From Fistulifera solaris (taxonomy: Eukaryota): a stretch of DNA of 64,000 nt. The stretch covers positions 372,001 to 436,000 of the forward strand of contig AP026141.1 of the NCBI GenBank assembly GCA_030295235.1, in the 5' to 3' direction. Of the stretch, positions 49,991-61,084 are shown in pieces. The notes beneath the pieces were generated by a model. That model had not been told where the DNA came from, did not search any database, and saw only the letters and a list, made by a program, of their open reading frames with translations. The position numbers and the translations under genes are program-made. How positions within the stretch are numbered: the stretch's first letter is position 1; the number at the start of each line of letters is the position of its first letter.

Positions 49991-51196
49991 TTAGTTACCC
50001 GCTTTCTTCTTGCGGTAATCATCCATCTCTTCTTGATAACGCTTTCTGTCATCGTCGGACTTCTTCTTGTAGTAATCCACCTCTTCGGGATTTAGCTCTT
50101 GCCAACGCTGACTGATAAGGCGACCAAGATCCTCAAAACTGATTTTGCCATGGGGGCGACTTCGCCCTTTTCGTTGTCCCTTCTCATCATCCCCCTTTCC
50201 AGCTTTATCACCTTTGCCGGTGTCTTCTCCCTCTTTACTGCCTTCATCCTTGTCATCATCGTCCTCATCATCAGCAGCCGCAGCGGCAGCAGCTGCTGCA
50301 GCACCAAGGATTCGAGCACGTTCTTCCTTGAAAAAGAAATTGTAAGCCGAGAGTGGGCGCTTGGGTTTGTCTTTCGGTCTCTTCTTGTAGGTTTTCTTCT
50401 TGATAGCCTTGGGACCCTCTGGAGTACTGACGCCAGCATGGCTTGCGCCACGATTCCCGGGGACGTTTGCAGCTCTAAGTCCAGCCGGATTCGAGCCAAC
50501 ACTTTCAGCGAGCTGGATATTAGCCTGAAGCTGCTGTTGTTGTTGCTGCTGCTGCTGTTGCTGTTGAAGCAATTGTAGAAGCAGCTGATTGTTCGAATCT
50601 TGGAGTCCACCTCCAAAGTGACCACCACCCGTGCCTTGCAAACCAGCTAGAAGATGCTCATTTCCATGCATACCTTGATGCACTCCCTGTTGCTGGCGGA
50701 GAAGCAATTCTCGTTCAAGTGCAAGCTGATTCGAGTTCATTCCATCGGGGCTTCCAAGACCTCCATAGCCGAGCGGAACTCCCCCGAAAGACTGAGGAAT
50801 CTGCTGCTGCTGCTGCTGCTGTTGTTGTTGTTGCTGCTGGAGAAGCTGCATCAGCATCTCGTTGTTACCTCCGACTCCAAGCATACCACCAGGCATCCCG
50901 CCGCCACCGAAGACCTGCTGGTGGCCCATATCCAACCCACCCTGCTGCTGGAGGTTGCGAAGTTGAAGCATCTGCTGGATAGAAAGATTCTGACCGCCAA
51001 TATCTCCTTGGAGAGCGTCACCTAGGCCTCCTCCGGCGTTGCGCATCTGCTGGAGCATACTCAGCTGCTGAGATTGACCAGCATTACCTTGCTGCTGAAG
51101 TGCATTCATCCCAAGCAGCTGCTGTTGCAAGCCGAAATGCTGTTGCTGCTGCTGAAGCTCGTCAACGGGCGTCTGTTGGTGCAAGTGGTTCTGCAT
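49991..51196 (-). CDS. HMG-box DNA-binding protein with Gln/Gly-rich N-terminus
   Basis: KPKRPLSAYNFFFKEER...GKISFEDLGRLISQRWQEL...DRKRYQEEM, split by an Ala/acidic insert; polyQ tracts. Start uncertain (there may be an upstream exon). Confidence 0.9.
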   Translation of the reverse strand: MQNHLHQQTPVDELQQQQQHFGLQQQLLGMNALQQQGNAGQSQQLSMLQQMRNAGGGLGDALQGDIGGQNLSIQQMLQLRNLQQQGGLDMGHQQVFGGGGMPGGMLGVGGNNEMLMQLLQQQQQQQQQQQQQIPQSFGGVPLGYGGLGSPDGMNSNQLALERELLLRQQQGVHQGMHGNEHLLAGLQGTGGGHFGGGLQDSNNQLLLQLLQQQQQQQQQQQQLQANIQLAESVGSNPAGLRAANVPGNRGASHAGVSTPEGPKAIKKKTYKKRPKDKPKRPLSAYNFFFKEERARILGAAAAAAAAAADDEDDDDKDEGSKEGEDTGKGDKAGKGDDEKGQRKGRSRPHGKISFEDLGRLISQRWQELNPEEVDYYKKKSDDDRKRYQEEMDDYRKKKAGN

Positions 51197-52109
51197 TTGC
51201 TTTGAAAGGAGGATTGAATGAGAGAGTTGTGAGACGAGAGTGAAGAATCGGATTGTGCTGTAGATGCAAAGAACCTGTTGTGTTTGCCTGTTGTCCAATT
51301 GTTTAGGAGATCTATAAACTTCGCTTTATCGATAATTACGACCGAATGCTGCGTTATCAAAATTCAGGAGACGTTTCTCTCAAACAGCGGTCAGTTGACT
51401 GTAGACATCTTACCACGATCTACGTAGAAATTTTTTCCTTATCTTTCCTGAAAACTTATGCACTATGGTCTTTTGGAAGCAACGGTGTCTTCCGTACTCC
51501 ATATTTCTGAGTAAGCATTTATAGCGCCATGTTTCCCTTAAATAAAAACCAACGTGCGAGCAATCGACATTAGGAGCCAATATTTATGAATCCGACCATA
51601 GCCTACTATGTACCTAAATTTCTAAGTTCTTTCGGCCTTCGAGCATAGAAAAAAGTACGAAGCCGTTGTAAAACACGGGACACATACAGTATCGGCCTGA
51701 CGTACGCATGACAGACAAGAGACACAGATCCCAAATAATGCCAAAAGATCCGAAGTCCAGCGGTACCGTACCTGGTACCGGTACCTGGTAATTATGAGAG
51801 AGTCGTCGTAAGTGCGTTTATCGCCAAAAAATAGGGAATAACGAATCAATAAGTAAAAAGCGTCAAGGGGATAGCTAAGAGTACCGTACCGACAGACAAC
51901 GAGAGTTGTTGTTAGGTAAATCGTCAATCGGATAAGGTTAACGGTAAAGATGAACGAGCATTATTTGAGTCTGGAGTCCAAGTCCCGGATATTATTGCCG
52001 AAAAACCCGAAAGAATGTGACCATGACCAAAAACCGCACCTCAATCAACACGCATTACTATTTAATTCACTGACGAGCTGTGTTCGCTTACCTTATTACA
52101 ACACGAATC

Positions 52110-53059
52110 ATGAACAAGGAGATTCAAAAAGCACGCGTCACGAAAGGGCAGTGTGCCTCCTGTGGGCAACAACTGTACCGATGGAAGCCGGAAGAACATT
52201 TAGCCGTTATTGGCATTCTCACCGGTAAAGTGACCTCGGATGCGAACGGGAGGAAGATCAGAAAAGTACCACTGACAATTCCAAATCTGGTGGAAAAGGG
52301 AAATGCCTCAAATGTGCTGGCTCCATGTCAGTGGTCGCCGACGCTCAGTTAAAAAAAGATGTCGACGTAGAGCCTGTGAGTAAGGCACCAATTGAGGTTT
52401 CCGGAGGTATTACATACGATGGCCCTTTCAATGCAAAAGGAGAAAGACACGGTTTCGGGAAGATGACCTGGGCTAATGGGGACGTCTATGAAGGAAATAT
52501 CAAAAACAATTTGCGAAATGGCAAAGGAACGATGGTATTTGCAGCGCATCCTGGAGACAAAAGTACCGGAAAATATGACGGATATTGGAAAAGTGATATG
52601 ATGCATGGCAAAGGTTCCCGGAAGTATACGAATGGGGACAAATACGAGGGGGAATTTTTCTTGGGCAAGAGACAAGGTGAAGGGCGTTTCACTTACGCCA
52701 ACGGCGACGTGTTCTGGGGCTGCTTCGAAGACAACGATATACACGGTTTTGGACGTTATTATTACGCATCTGGACAGCGATATGAGGGAGACTTCTTCCA
52801 TGGAAAACGTTGCGGTGTGGGCAAGCTTCAAGGCAAAGATGGACGGATAGAGATCTTCCAGTACGTGGGGAATGAACGAGTCGGAACGGGGATTCGCTGG
52901 TCAAATGATAGATCGACGGCATGGCTGATATCTGCAAATTCAAATGAATCGACTAGCGGTAGAACTGAAGAACAAATTTCTACGTTAGACGCTGCGAAAA
53001 GAGTGCATGATATTGAGCAAGCTGTCGAACGCGCGAAATTAGAGAAATCCAATGCATGA
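52110..53059 (+). CDS. MORN-repeat protein with N-terminal CxxC...CxxC module
   Basis: About 7 MORN repeats (YEG.F..G.R.G.G...Y.NG). A -1 frameshift near 52295-52303 joins GQCASCG...GKCLKC to the MORN ORF. Confidence 0.85.
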
Positions 53060-53479
53060 ACTCTCTGAAGTTCGCGCACCGAAGAAAGGCATAGTGGTTA
53101 ATAGTTATAGATTACACAAACTTGATCAGCTCTGCATAAAAAGAAGTTTTTTGTCGTACTCCGGGGTATGGCCTAGCCCTGAACTCACAAATGCTTGAGT
53201 TGACTTCGATGGCACCAAAATTGACGAAGTAGCTCTCTGCCGTTCGCGTTTCGACTGCAAGCTAGATTTGTTGTTTGCACTGTGAGAAGCAAAACATGAC
53301 AGCGACTGCATAACTTTGGCATCGCTCTAATGGTAGCTTGTAGCTGGCTGGCATTAGCCTTAGTAGGGAAAAGGGTCATTACCAGGTATTTGAAAAGTCA
53401 TAAGTCGTCACAAGTCACAAGTCTCAAAGTACAAAGTACTGTAGGAATAAAGTATCACGTTTTCCGATGGCAAGAAGTA

Positions 53480-53513
53480 CATCACACATCACACATCACA
53501 CACACCACACACC
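53480..53513. repeat. (CATCACA)n / CA-rich simple repeat upstream of the 53753 gene
   Basis: catcacacatcacacatcacacacaccacacacc read directly from the sequence. Confidence 0.7.
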
Positions 53514-53752
53514 TTCGCATTGTCCTCTTTTGTAACCGGTACCCACTTGAACAGACACTGTTCACATTTCACAATCCGTCTTCCACATGCGTTGGAAGCA
53601 AAATTTTGGAGCCTTCACCAAGCTCCGCAAGCTTCCAGATGATCGCATCTCGCAATCATCGCTTTCGTGATGCACATTCTCATCAAACAAAAGATGAGAC
53701 TGTAGATAAAGAGATCAAAAGCCCGATCCCGTGATTCTATAAAGTTGCAACT

Positions 53753-54277
53753 ATGAATTTTTACGATCGTTTTCGGAGAGGAAATGAACGAGAGGCACAT
53801 GAGCCCGACAACCTCGAACTGGCGCAGCCAACAGGACATCGCATGTCAGCGCCTGATTACGGCGACGAAAATGATGAACCAGAAGAATATTCAAATCAAA
53901 TGCTTCCTTCTAATTATATGATGCGACCAGACGAGAATGCGACAAGAGAAGAATATCCGACACAGGGAATAGGCGCGTTCCCTCCGCCCCTCGCCGAAGA
54001 CCCGACCGTGCAAGGTAATAATCTCAGTGATCCGCAAAATGCGCAAGATAGGACCAATCACGTCGATCCCTCCTCCGTGGGTATGTCGCAGGGTGCCTAT
54101 GATCACACTTTAACCCGAAGCAGACGATCGGCTGCTAGCACTTTCCGACGGAGAGAATTGCTTCGCCGAGAAGAGGAACGCAAATTTAAGAGGACGATAT
54201 GTCTTGTCATTGCTGCAGTGGTTGCCTGGTGTATATTGGCGGCAGTAGTGGGAGGAATTGTTGGTACACTGCTATGA
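53753..54277 (+). CDS. Hypothetical tail-anchored membrane protein
   Basis: 174-aa ORF: acidic disordered N-terminus, basic patch, C-terminal TM ICLVIAAVVAWCILAAVVGGIVGTLL. Confidence 0.65.
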   Translation: MNFYDRFRRGNEREAHEPDNLELAQPTGHRMSAPDYGDENDEPEEYSNQMLPSNYMMRPDENATREEYPTQGIGAFPPPLAEDPTVQGNNLSDPQNAQDRTNHVDPSSVGMSQGAYDHTLTRSRRSAASTFRRRELLRREEERKFKRTICLVIAAVVAWCILAAVVGGIVGTLL

Positions 54278-54605
54278 TAATACATCAGGGACGACATAGT
54301 TGCGTTGACCTCGCCACATCCCATCGAAGCACGCTGCAAATCCGTTAGTTTGATCATGGAAGTGAGCGAAAAATTCTCATTTTCTCTCCACAATTTTGTA
54401 AATGTAAGAGTACTATTTCAAGCTGTCGTTGTGCTAAGATGATGCATGAAGGTGCTACATACAGTATCTTTTTCTGCGCCGTGCACGAAACCCTACCAGA
54501 TAAAGGTAGTAAATGTAAGAGCCGAAATCTTATAGAAATTAGGAGCTTGATACATTGTTAGGAAAATTTGGATCGTCTAGGGCACTTTGTTTCGCGGCAT
54601 CTTCT

Positions 54606-57600
54606 TTAGAAAAATAACCAGCAACTGCAGCAGGGGGGACTAACAAGACCTGCTGTCGCCTCAAGGATATCCACGGTAGTACCAGCAGCTTCATCCACCA
54701 TTCCAGTTGCAGCACCCGCTAAACCCACCAAACCAATCGCCACACCTTCACCAGTAGTTTTCAAATTATGGACATCATCACCAAAACGCTCGACCACGCC
54801 CTTGGCCTCTTCCTTGTCGTGTATTTTCTGCAGCGCTAGTGCTTCTATCGATTGACTCATTCGAGCCGCCCTCATGATTCGGTACTTTCTCAACCAGGGC
54901 ATCAGATATTGAACGAAGACTTGGCGCCAAACGGCACCGGCATCATTCACAAACTTGCTTTGATGTCTAAATTTCATCAGATACATTTGGGACAGGCGCT
55001 CAATGAATGGATGTCTGTGAGCTTCATGAACTAATAGATCCTTGATGAAATTTGTAGGGACATAATCAAAAGCGTATCCGTACAAGGAAACATCTTCACT
55101 CAGAAAGGGGACGTCAATCCTGCCCACCCAAAAAACGGCTGCGAAGAGGAATTGAGAAATTCGTCCGATGAGCACACCCGAACCTAGCCCAATGAACCAC
55201 GTCTCCAATGCGAGTGTGGTGATATTGGACGTTCTTGGTTTCGTCCGATAGAACGCTTTATAAAAGTTTTGTCGACAAGTGTTGGTCAAAAGCATTTTCA
55301 TCGAAATCGTTATAGTCAGCCCGATTGCAAACGCAAGGACCTTTATCATGAAGGCATTAGAAAAGTCCCAAATAAAGAGGAACGCAAATAAACCCACTGT
55401 GTAAGAGTGCAGATGCAGGTAAGAAGAGCCACGCTCTCTGGAAAAGATGCAATAAATAGACGTTAAACCCACCGATGAGGAAGACCAAAGTACCAGCTCC
55501 AATGAGACCGTAGACGGCATTTCCGATGTTCATGCAAGCCTGGGACAGTCTATTAGTTTATACACTGTGAATATCATACCTCCACGAAGAAGCTTACCGT
55601 GTCCGCACTTCTACGGTATTTCGTAAAGTAGCGAGAGCCAAGCGAGGGAATCAAGCCACAACGGTACTGTAATAATGTGGCCGTCGAGCTTAAAGGGGAT
55701 TTAGAAAAGCAGAATTCAAGCCAGTCACATGCACATATCGTATTACCTTGGTATGTACAAAACAACCAACAGGACCATCGTAAAAGTGGCTGCGATTGAT
55801 GCTGGATAAAGAGCAAGCTCGACCCCTCGTCGAGTCGGGACCAACCTGTCAGCGGCCGTTAGCAACTCAAAAACGACTAACGAATTTGCTGCATCACACA
55901 CTTACTGCCGCGCCCAACTCGGTAGCTCTTCCGTCAATGACTCTTGAGCTTCACCTGCTAAAATGGATGCAATTCCAGTTATTGAAAAGAGAATCAGTGA
56001 CAAAATGATGGTAAAGCCAACTTGCGCTGTCTGGAAAACAATCATACGTGTTGGAAGCCAAATGCCTTCTTTCTCAAATAGCGCTCCCGTCTGAAAAAGT
56101 TCCCATGTCCACAAAAACCCTCCCGCCCTTTCCGATCCATTTCCACGAAAAACGAAGTTAAGCATTGTTTCATCGGAAGAGGATCCATTCCTCAACGTGG
56201 AGCGAGAGTCACTGAGACTCTGCTTCATTGGTTCAGAACTGTCGTGCAAGACACAGGCGTTCATGAGCATCGTATTAACCTTTCGAGTAGCAGCTTTTTT
56301 GATTCGGAACTCTCCAACGGTGTTTGAAGGTATAAACAGCGATTGTCCGATACCCTTAAAGAGATGAGCAAAAAGACAAATCAAGTAGTAGGTTGCAAGA
56401 ACTACGCCAGCTCCAAGGGTAATGTACAGATAAAAAATAAAATAAGCTTGGTTGACACGCTGTTCAGCATCGTCATACGGCTCTTCAGTGTCTGCACGGT
56501 ACCGCTGCACACCAAAGTAGGGGGGTCTTCACCAAGCTAGATTGAGGCAATGAAAGGTACGTCAAAAACGCAGAACACATGGCCTCACTTACACCGAGTA
56601 GAGGAGGGTCACAAACAAAGCGATCGCATGCTGTTTTGGCCCTTGAGAGTTTGGATTGTTTCCGAGACTCAAAGGCACTATTGTAACGATACCAAAGGCA
56701 CCGAGAAAAATGGCCACCATGAACCTGTGAATGCAAGTGAGAATTCAAAACTAAAATGTCGCGTCACACAGCAATATGACCCACCAATTCCACAACTGCG
56801 CCTTTAAAAGACAAGTGAATTCCTCTTTCTTTTCCGTTTCAAGGCAGGAGGCAGTGACGCGCGACTGATAGATTGACGCATACGTGACAGATGTCATGAG
56901 GTAAAAGAACCAAATTAAACACACGCAAATCACCGAAGAATGTGTGTCCACCACCAAATCAACAATCGCATGGTCTACAGAGTTCGCACTGGTGAACACT
57001 CCCTCTTTCGGGATTTCTGTGTCCGCTACGGGGTCATTTCGTCTCTCTTTCCGACACCTTTCGTTGACAATCGACCGCTCTTCCCCAAACACGTCAAAGA
57101 ATATAGTCGACAAACGATCTTCGCTCCCCACTTCCCACGCGTCCAGATCGTAGGCTAAAGCATTCACAAAAGCCTCGAAATCCAGCCGACCAGAACCTGA
57201 CGTGGCTACTTCTACCATTTCTCGTTTCAAAGCGTCATCACCGGCCCGTTCAAACTCGCCGCATTCCAACAGAATCGCTTCCACAAGATCAACATCCAGA
57301 AGGGGTCCCTCCTCTTGATCCGAAAAGGCAACATCTTTCATCATGATGCGAAACACATCCTGGAGTATTGTGTGAGGCTGGGGAAGAAGTGATTCGGCCA
57401 GCTCTGCTTGCAGTGCCTCTTTCTTGGCTCGCCTTGTTTGTCGCCATTTCTGATACCAGTTTGTTGGTTCCTCGTCTTTCTTTTCCTCGTCGTTATCTTC
57501 TTTGATGGTCGTATTGTAGTCATTCTCTTTCGCGATCTTAGCCGCTCTCGCCAGCACCGGAATCAAAAGGAGAGCCGTAATTTGCACCAAATCCAAGTAT

Positions 57601-57992
57601 TCTTCCGGGGAACACAACTCTTCATCGATATGCTTCTGACTCTCTTCCAGTCTATTTTGAACACTATCCGATGGCTTTCTCATTAACGAAGAAGTTGTCA
57701 CTTGACTCATGTGCACGACTTTCTGAATCATTTTCTGCCCAGCGCTGTACGCTTTTTCTTGAACCTGCAACTCTTCTTGCGACAAGCCTCCACCGAGAGA
57801 CCGGACGATCTCAATGCACTCTTTATGGGATAACATGAGTCCGTACCGACTGGTGAGTAAGGCCTGCACGTCTCGGGAGCTGATGGAGCCATTCGGTCGA
57901 TCCGGAAAGCAAGTTTGGTGCAGTGCGGCGATGTATTCAAGTTCCTTCACGTCGGCGCCAGCACCGATGGAACGCAAGAATTCGACGCCCAT
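54606..57992 (-). CDS. Multi-pass STRA6/RBP-receptor-like membrane protein with N-terminal degenerate EF-hand-like region
   Basis: Multi-exon (ORFs 56751-57992, 55902-56510, 54606-55520). C-terminal VGRIDVPFL...FDY...LLVHEAHRHP and WRQVFVQYLMPWLRKYR; N-terminal DRPNGSISSRDVQALL and SGSGRLDFEAFVNAL. Internal exon boundaries and exact stop are uncertain. Confidence 0.6.
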
Positions 57993-58387
57993 TGTGTATT
58001 ATAAGCAAGCTTTCATACTCTGCTGGGATAATAACAAATGTTTGTTCTACTATGAGCGCTGGTCAGGCGAAGAAATCTTAAAAAAAATAAAAAAAAGAAA
58101 CAACTCACGCGTCGCAGAACACGGAGAAAAGTTGCAACGAGAAGCTTCAAAACAAGATGTCATGAGGCATTGTCACACTGGTTTAGATCTATTGCACATG
58201 AAACATGAACTTTCTCGAGCCAATTGAGGAGACTAGCACTGTGAGAATGAGGTTAAAAAGTTGTCCTGGTAGACCAACTTTAGATTATTGATCGATTTCA
58301 TTCTAAGATACTTTAAAACAGGAGAAAAGATGCAGCAAAGGGTATAACAATGACTAGCCAACTGTATATAATATACATATGCAATAA

Positions 58388-59333
58388 TCAAAAAATAAAC
58401 TGCCGTCTCACTTTGACTTCGGCTGCCAGGCCCCGTGTTGAGGTGCCCTCCAGCGGCAACCGGATATCGGTGATCCACTTGCCACCGGCCGTGCTCTGAT
58501 CCGTCCAGTTGATATCGATCGAGTGGGACGGATCGACTTTGGTATGCAACATAGCCCCATTGTTCCATTTGACGCTCCACTGATACAGTACCCGGGCGTC
58601 TTTAAGATGAATTTCGGGAGCAATTATGTTACTATCGCTCAGCGCATAGACCATGGACAGAGTAGGATCTTTCGCACGAAGATTTAAAATGGCTTTCGTT
58701 CGACCTGCACCGCCAGTGACGGCTTCGATAATGCAGGATATTTTGTCTCTCAACAACGTCTGCCGGAAGTCCACGGATGGACTCAATCGAAGTGTACTCA
58801 GACTAGCAAAGGGCAGATAAAAGAGCGCACTGGCGTTGATGGTTTCTATCAGTCTCCGACGCTGATTGCTTAGCTTGCCGAAAATATAAGAAGGGCCTCG
58901 AGTGAATTGCAACAAAGATCTTTTGCCCCGATCGAAAATCAAATACAGGTTGAACTTCAAGTTGATTGATCGGACCTAATGAAAATTTCCCCTTCACATC
59001 CACGCGACTCGGTAATCGCTTTAGATCATTGTAGTTGTAGCCGATCCCCGCGTCGATGGATTTGAGGGATGGCATCCAAATTGGGATGGGTGCAACTTTA
59101 CTGCGAATATTGAAGAATGCATTTGGCTGCAAGGATGAAATATCGAACCATGATCGGGAATGTCCGTCGTGGTACAAGTGGTGGGCCGAAAGAGCGCCCT
59201 CATGCGAAGGATCTTTGACGGTGACGGTCACCGCGGAGTTGATTTCGAAGCGAGCACCATGAATCGTCTCAAAGAGCAGCAAGCCGGCTAAAAATATGTT
59301 GAATAGCATTTCTGATCTTGGAAGAAACACCAT
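58388..59333 (-). CDS. Signal-peptide protein, predicted beta-strand-rich (candidate beta-barrel)
   Basis: Signal peptide MLFNIFLAGLLLFETIHG; alternating-hydrophobicity strands; terminal VKVRRQFIF. A +1 frameshift at C-run 58926-58929 joins two ORFs. Confidence 0.6.
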
Positions 59334-60144
59334 TGGCAATTAGTTTGAGCGATACAATGTGAATAATCGGACGTAAACATCATGGTGATGCAGTTCAAAT
59401 TCAACATGACTTTCTTCACAACAAACAATAAGATTTTTTGACATCATTCGTGACTCAAACCCCATTCCGTCCTTTGAGCCTTTGAGAGCTTTGAGGCAAC
59501 GCACGGACTGATCCCTTATCCTTATTCTTTCCTGAGTTTACGCGCTCGAACGGTGACCGCACCGCGCAAACCGGCCACGTCTGTTTTTTTGATCTTGAAG
59601 TGACCTTTCGAACCATTGAAAAGGTATACGTCATTTAGGTCGATCGTGTGAGTATTTTCTGTTGTGATCGTTAACTGACAATACGCACCCTAACTAAAGA
59701 CTTAGCATCGCTAAACTCATAGGCTGGGAAAATTCGAATTTAAATTTACTTACGAGTGGAGCTCTGTCTAGTGCTAAGTAGGAACAATTTTCCGTTGAAC
59801 GATTCGTACTCAGAACTATCAAAATTGTTTTCGACAGTCGCTTCGAGTTCGATTATTTAGAAACTCCGTGCGGAAGTAGATTCCGATTATGAGAACTTTC
59901 CGTTCGAAATCCATTGCGTAAGCCGGTCAGTATAGAGTTGATAAGTATAAGACAAACGTCATCGGTAGATTGTGTAGGCGGGATACGGGGATGGCCGGTG
60001 CGTTGGCTGTTGGTTAGCGCGGAGTAGGAATGTGGGAGCCAAACACGCCATTCCCAAGTCTGATTGACCACACAAATTCGAAAACTTGTCCACTTGCACA
60101 TTTAGCAAAACTCTCTTCTACATCTCTACCAAACAAGAATAATC

Positions 60145-60360
60145 ATGAACAAGGTCTTCATTCTATCGTTGTTGCTCGCTGTTGTTGCCGCACAAGACGA
60201 GGCTTCTGATATGCCAAGCGACATGCCTTCGGACATGGGAAGTATGGAAGCCCCGGCCGGCACCCCGGTTGATGAACCCGCAGGTGGAGACTCCTCGGCC
60301 TTTGCCGCCCGTGCCATCGTCGGTGCTGCCGTTATTGCTGTTGGATCCATGTTCCTATAA
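60145..60360 (+). CDS. Small secreted, probably GPI-anchored peptide with SDMP repeats
   Basis: MNKVFILSLLLAVVAA signal; (S/P)SDM x3; small-residue omega region GGDSSA followed by a hydrophobic C-terminus. Confidence 0.75.
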   Translation: MNKVFILSLLLAVVAAQDEASDMPSDMPSDMGSMEAPAGTPVDEPAGGDSSAFAARAIVGAAVIAVGSMFL

Positions 60361-61084
60361 ACGGATGCACGATCCGGACCATTCCCGTCCTTTTGTGTGT
60401 CATTGTGGGGAATCAGAGATTGTCGGCCATAGCCTTTTTATAAGCTGAAGTCCACGAATAAGTAGATTTGAGTAAAATGCATTTGAACAAACTGACCATA
60501 TTTTAGTATTATACATTGATTGTTTGACATGACGAGCTTCAAGCTCTATCGACCGCTTTTTTCCCCATGGTCATCATGGCCACGACTTGGCTCATCATTC
60601 GTCATCGAATATTCCAGGAGATCGTGTGAATTGTCCGTTGGCGATAGCTAGACTTCGTCGAAGTGTACTCTTTCATACACTTTGTAACTGAGTTGGAAAG
60701 GTATGAGCATGTTTGCGCGCTGTCCTCCCACGTGGTATGGGCGTGCGCGCAAAGTACAGAATTTTTGAATGCTTAGGCTCATCAACTCTCCCGGCGCTAG
60801 CTTCCATTACATTAATGTACTCGTATTCACGCCAGCATCTACTATCAACATTTTCGTTTTAATTACGATTTGCAATTATACGCCGGCATGTCCAGAGTAT
60901 GGACTAAACAATCGCCTCACAAGCGGGCCGGATACATTTGAATTCTCCCTCCAACACCGACATGAAACACCACCCGCACGGTTCACATCTTTGTTGATGA
61001 TTGCGCTCCAAAGAAACGCATAGCCTTTCCTGTATCTTCTTTAATCATTGCTAGATTACATCGATCTCTCTTCAACCTACAAAA

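Noticed and set aside
51760..51792. Clustered ggtacc/gtacc motifs in the HMG-MORN divergent intergenic region
   Set aside because: Short degenerate low-complexity repeat with no support for a function.
53088..53130. tRNA-like start (ggcatagtggttaa)
   Set aside because: No anticodon stem, T-loop (GTTCRA) or acceptor pairing follows.
1299..58929. Programmed ribosomal frameshifting (Euplotes-like) or mass pseudogenisation as the cause of split genes
   Set aside because: Shifts go both +1 and -1, occur in A, T, C and G runs without a shared slippery-stop motif, and hit essential genes whose motifs are otherwise intact. Sequencing error is far simpler.
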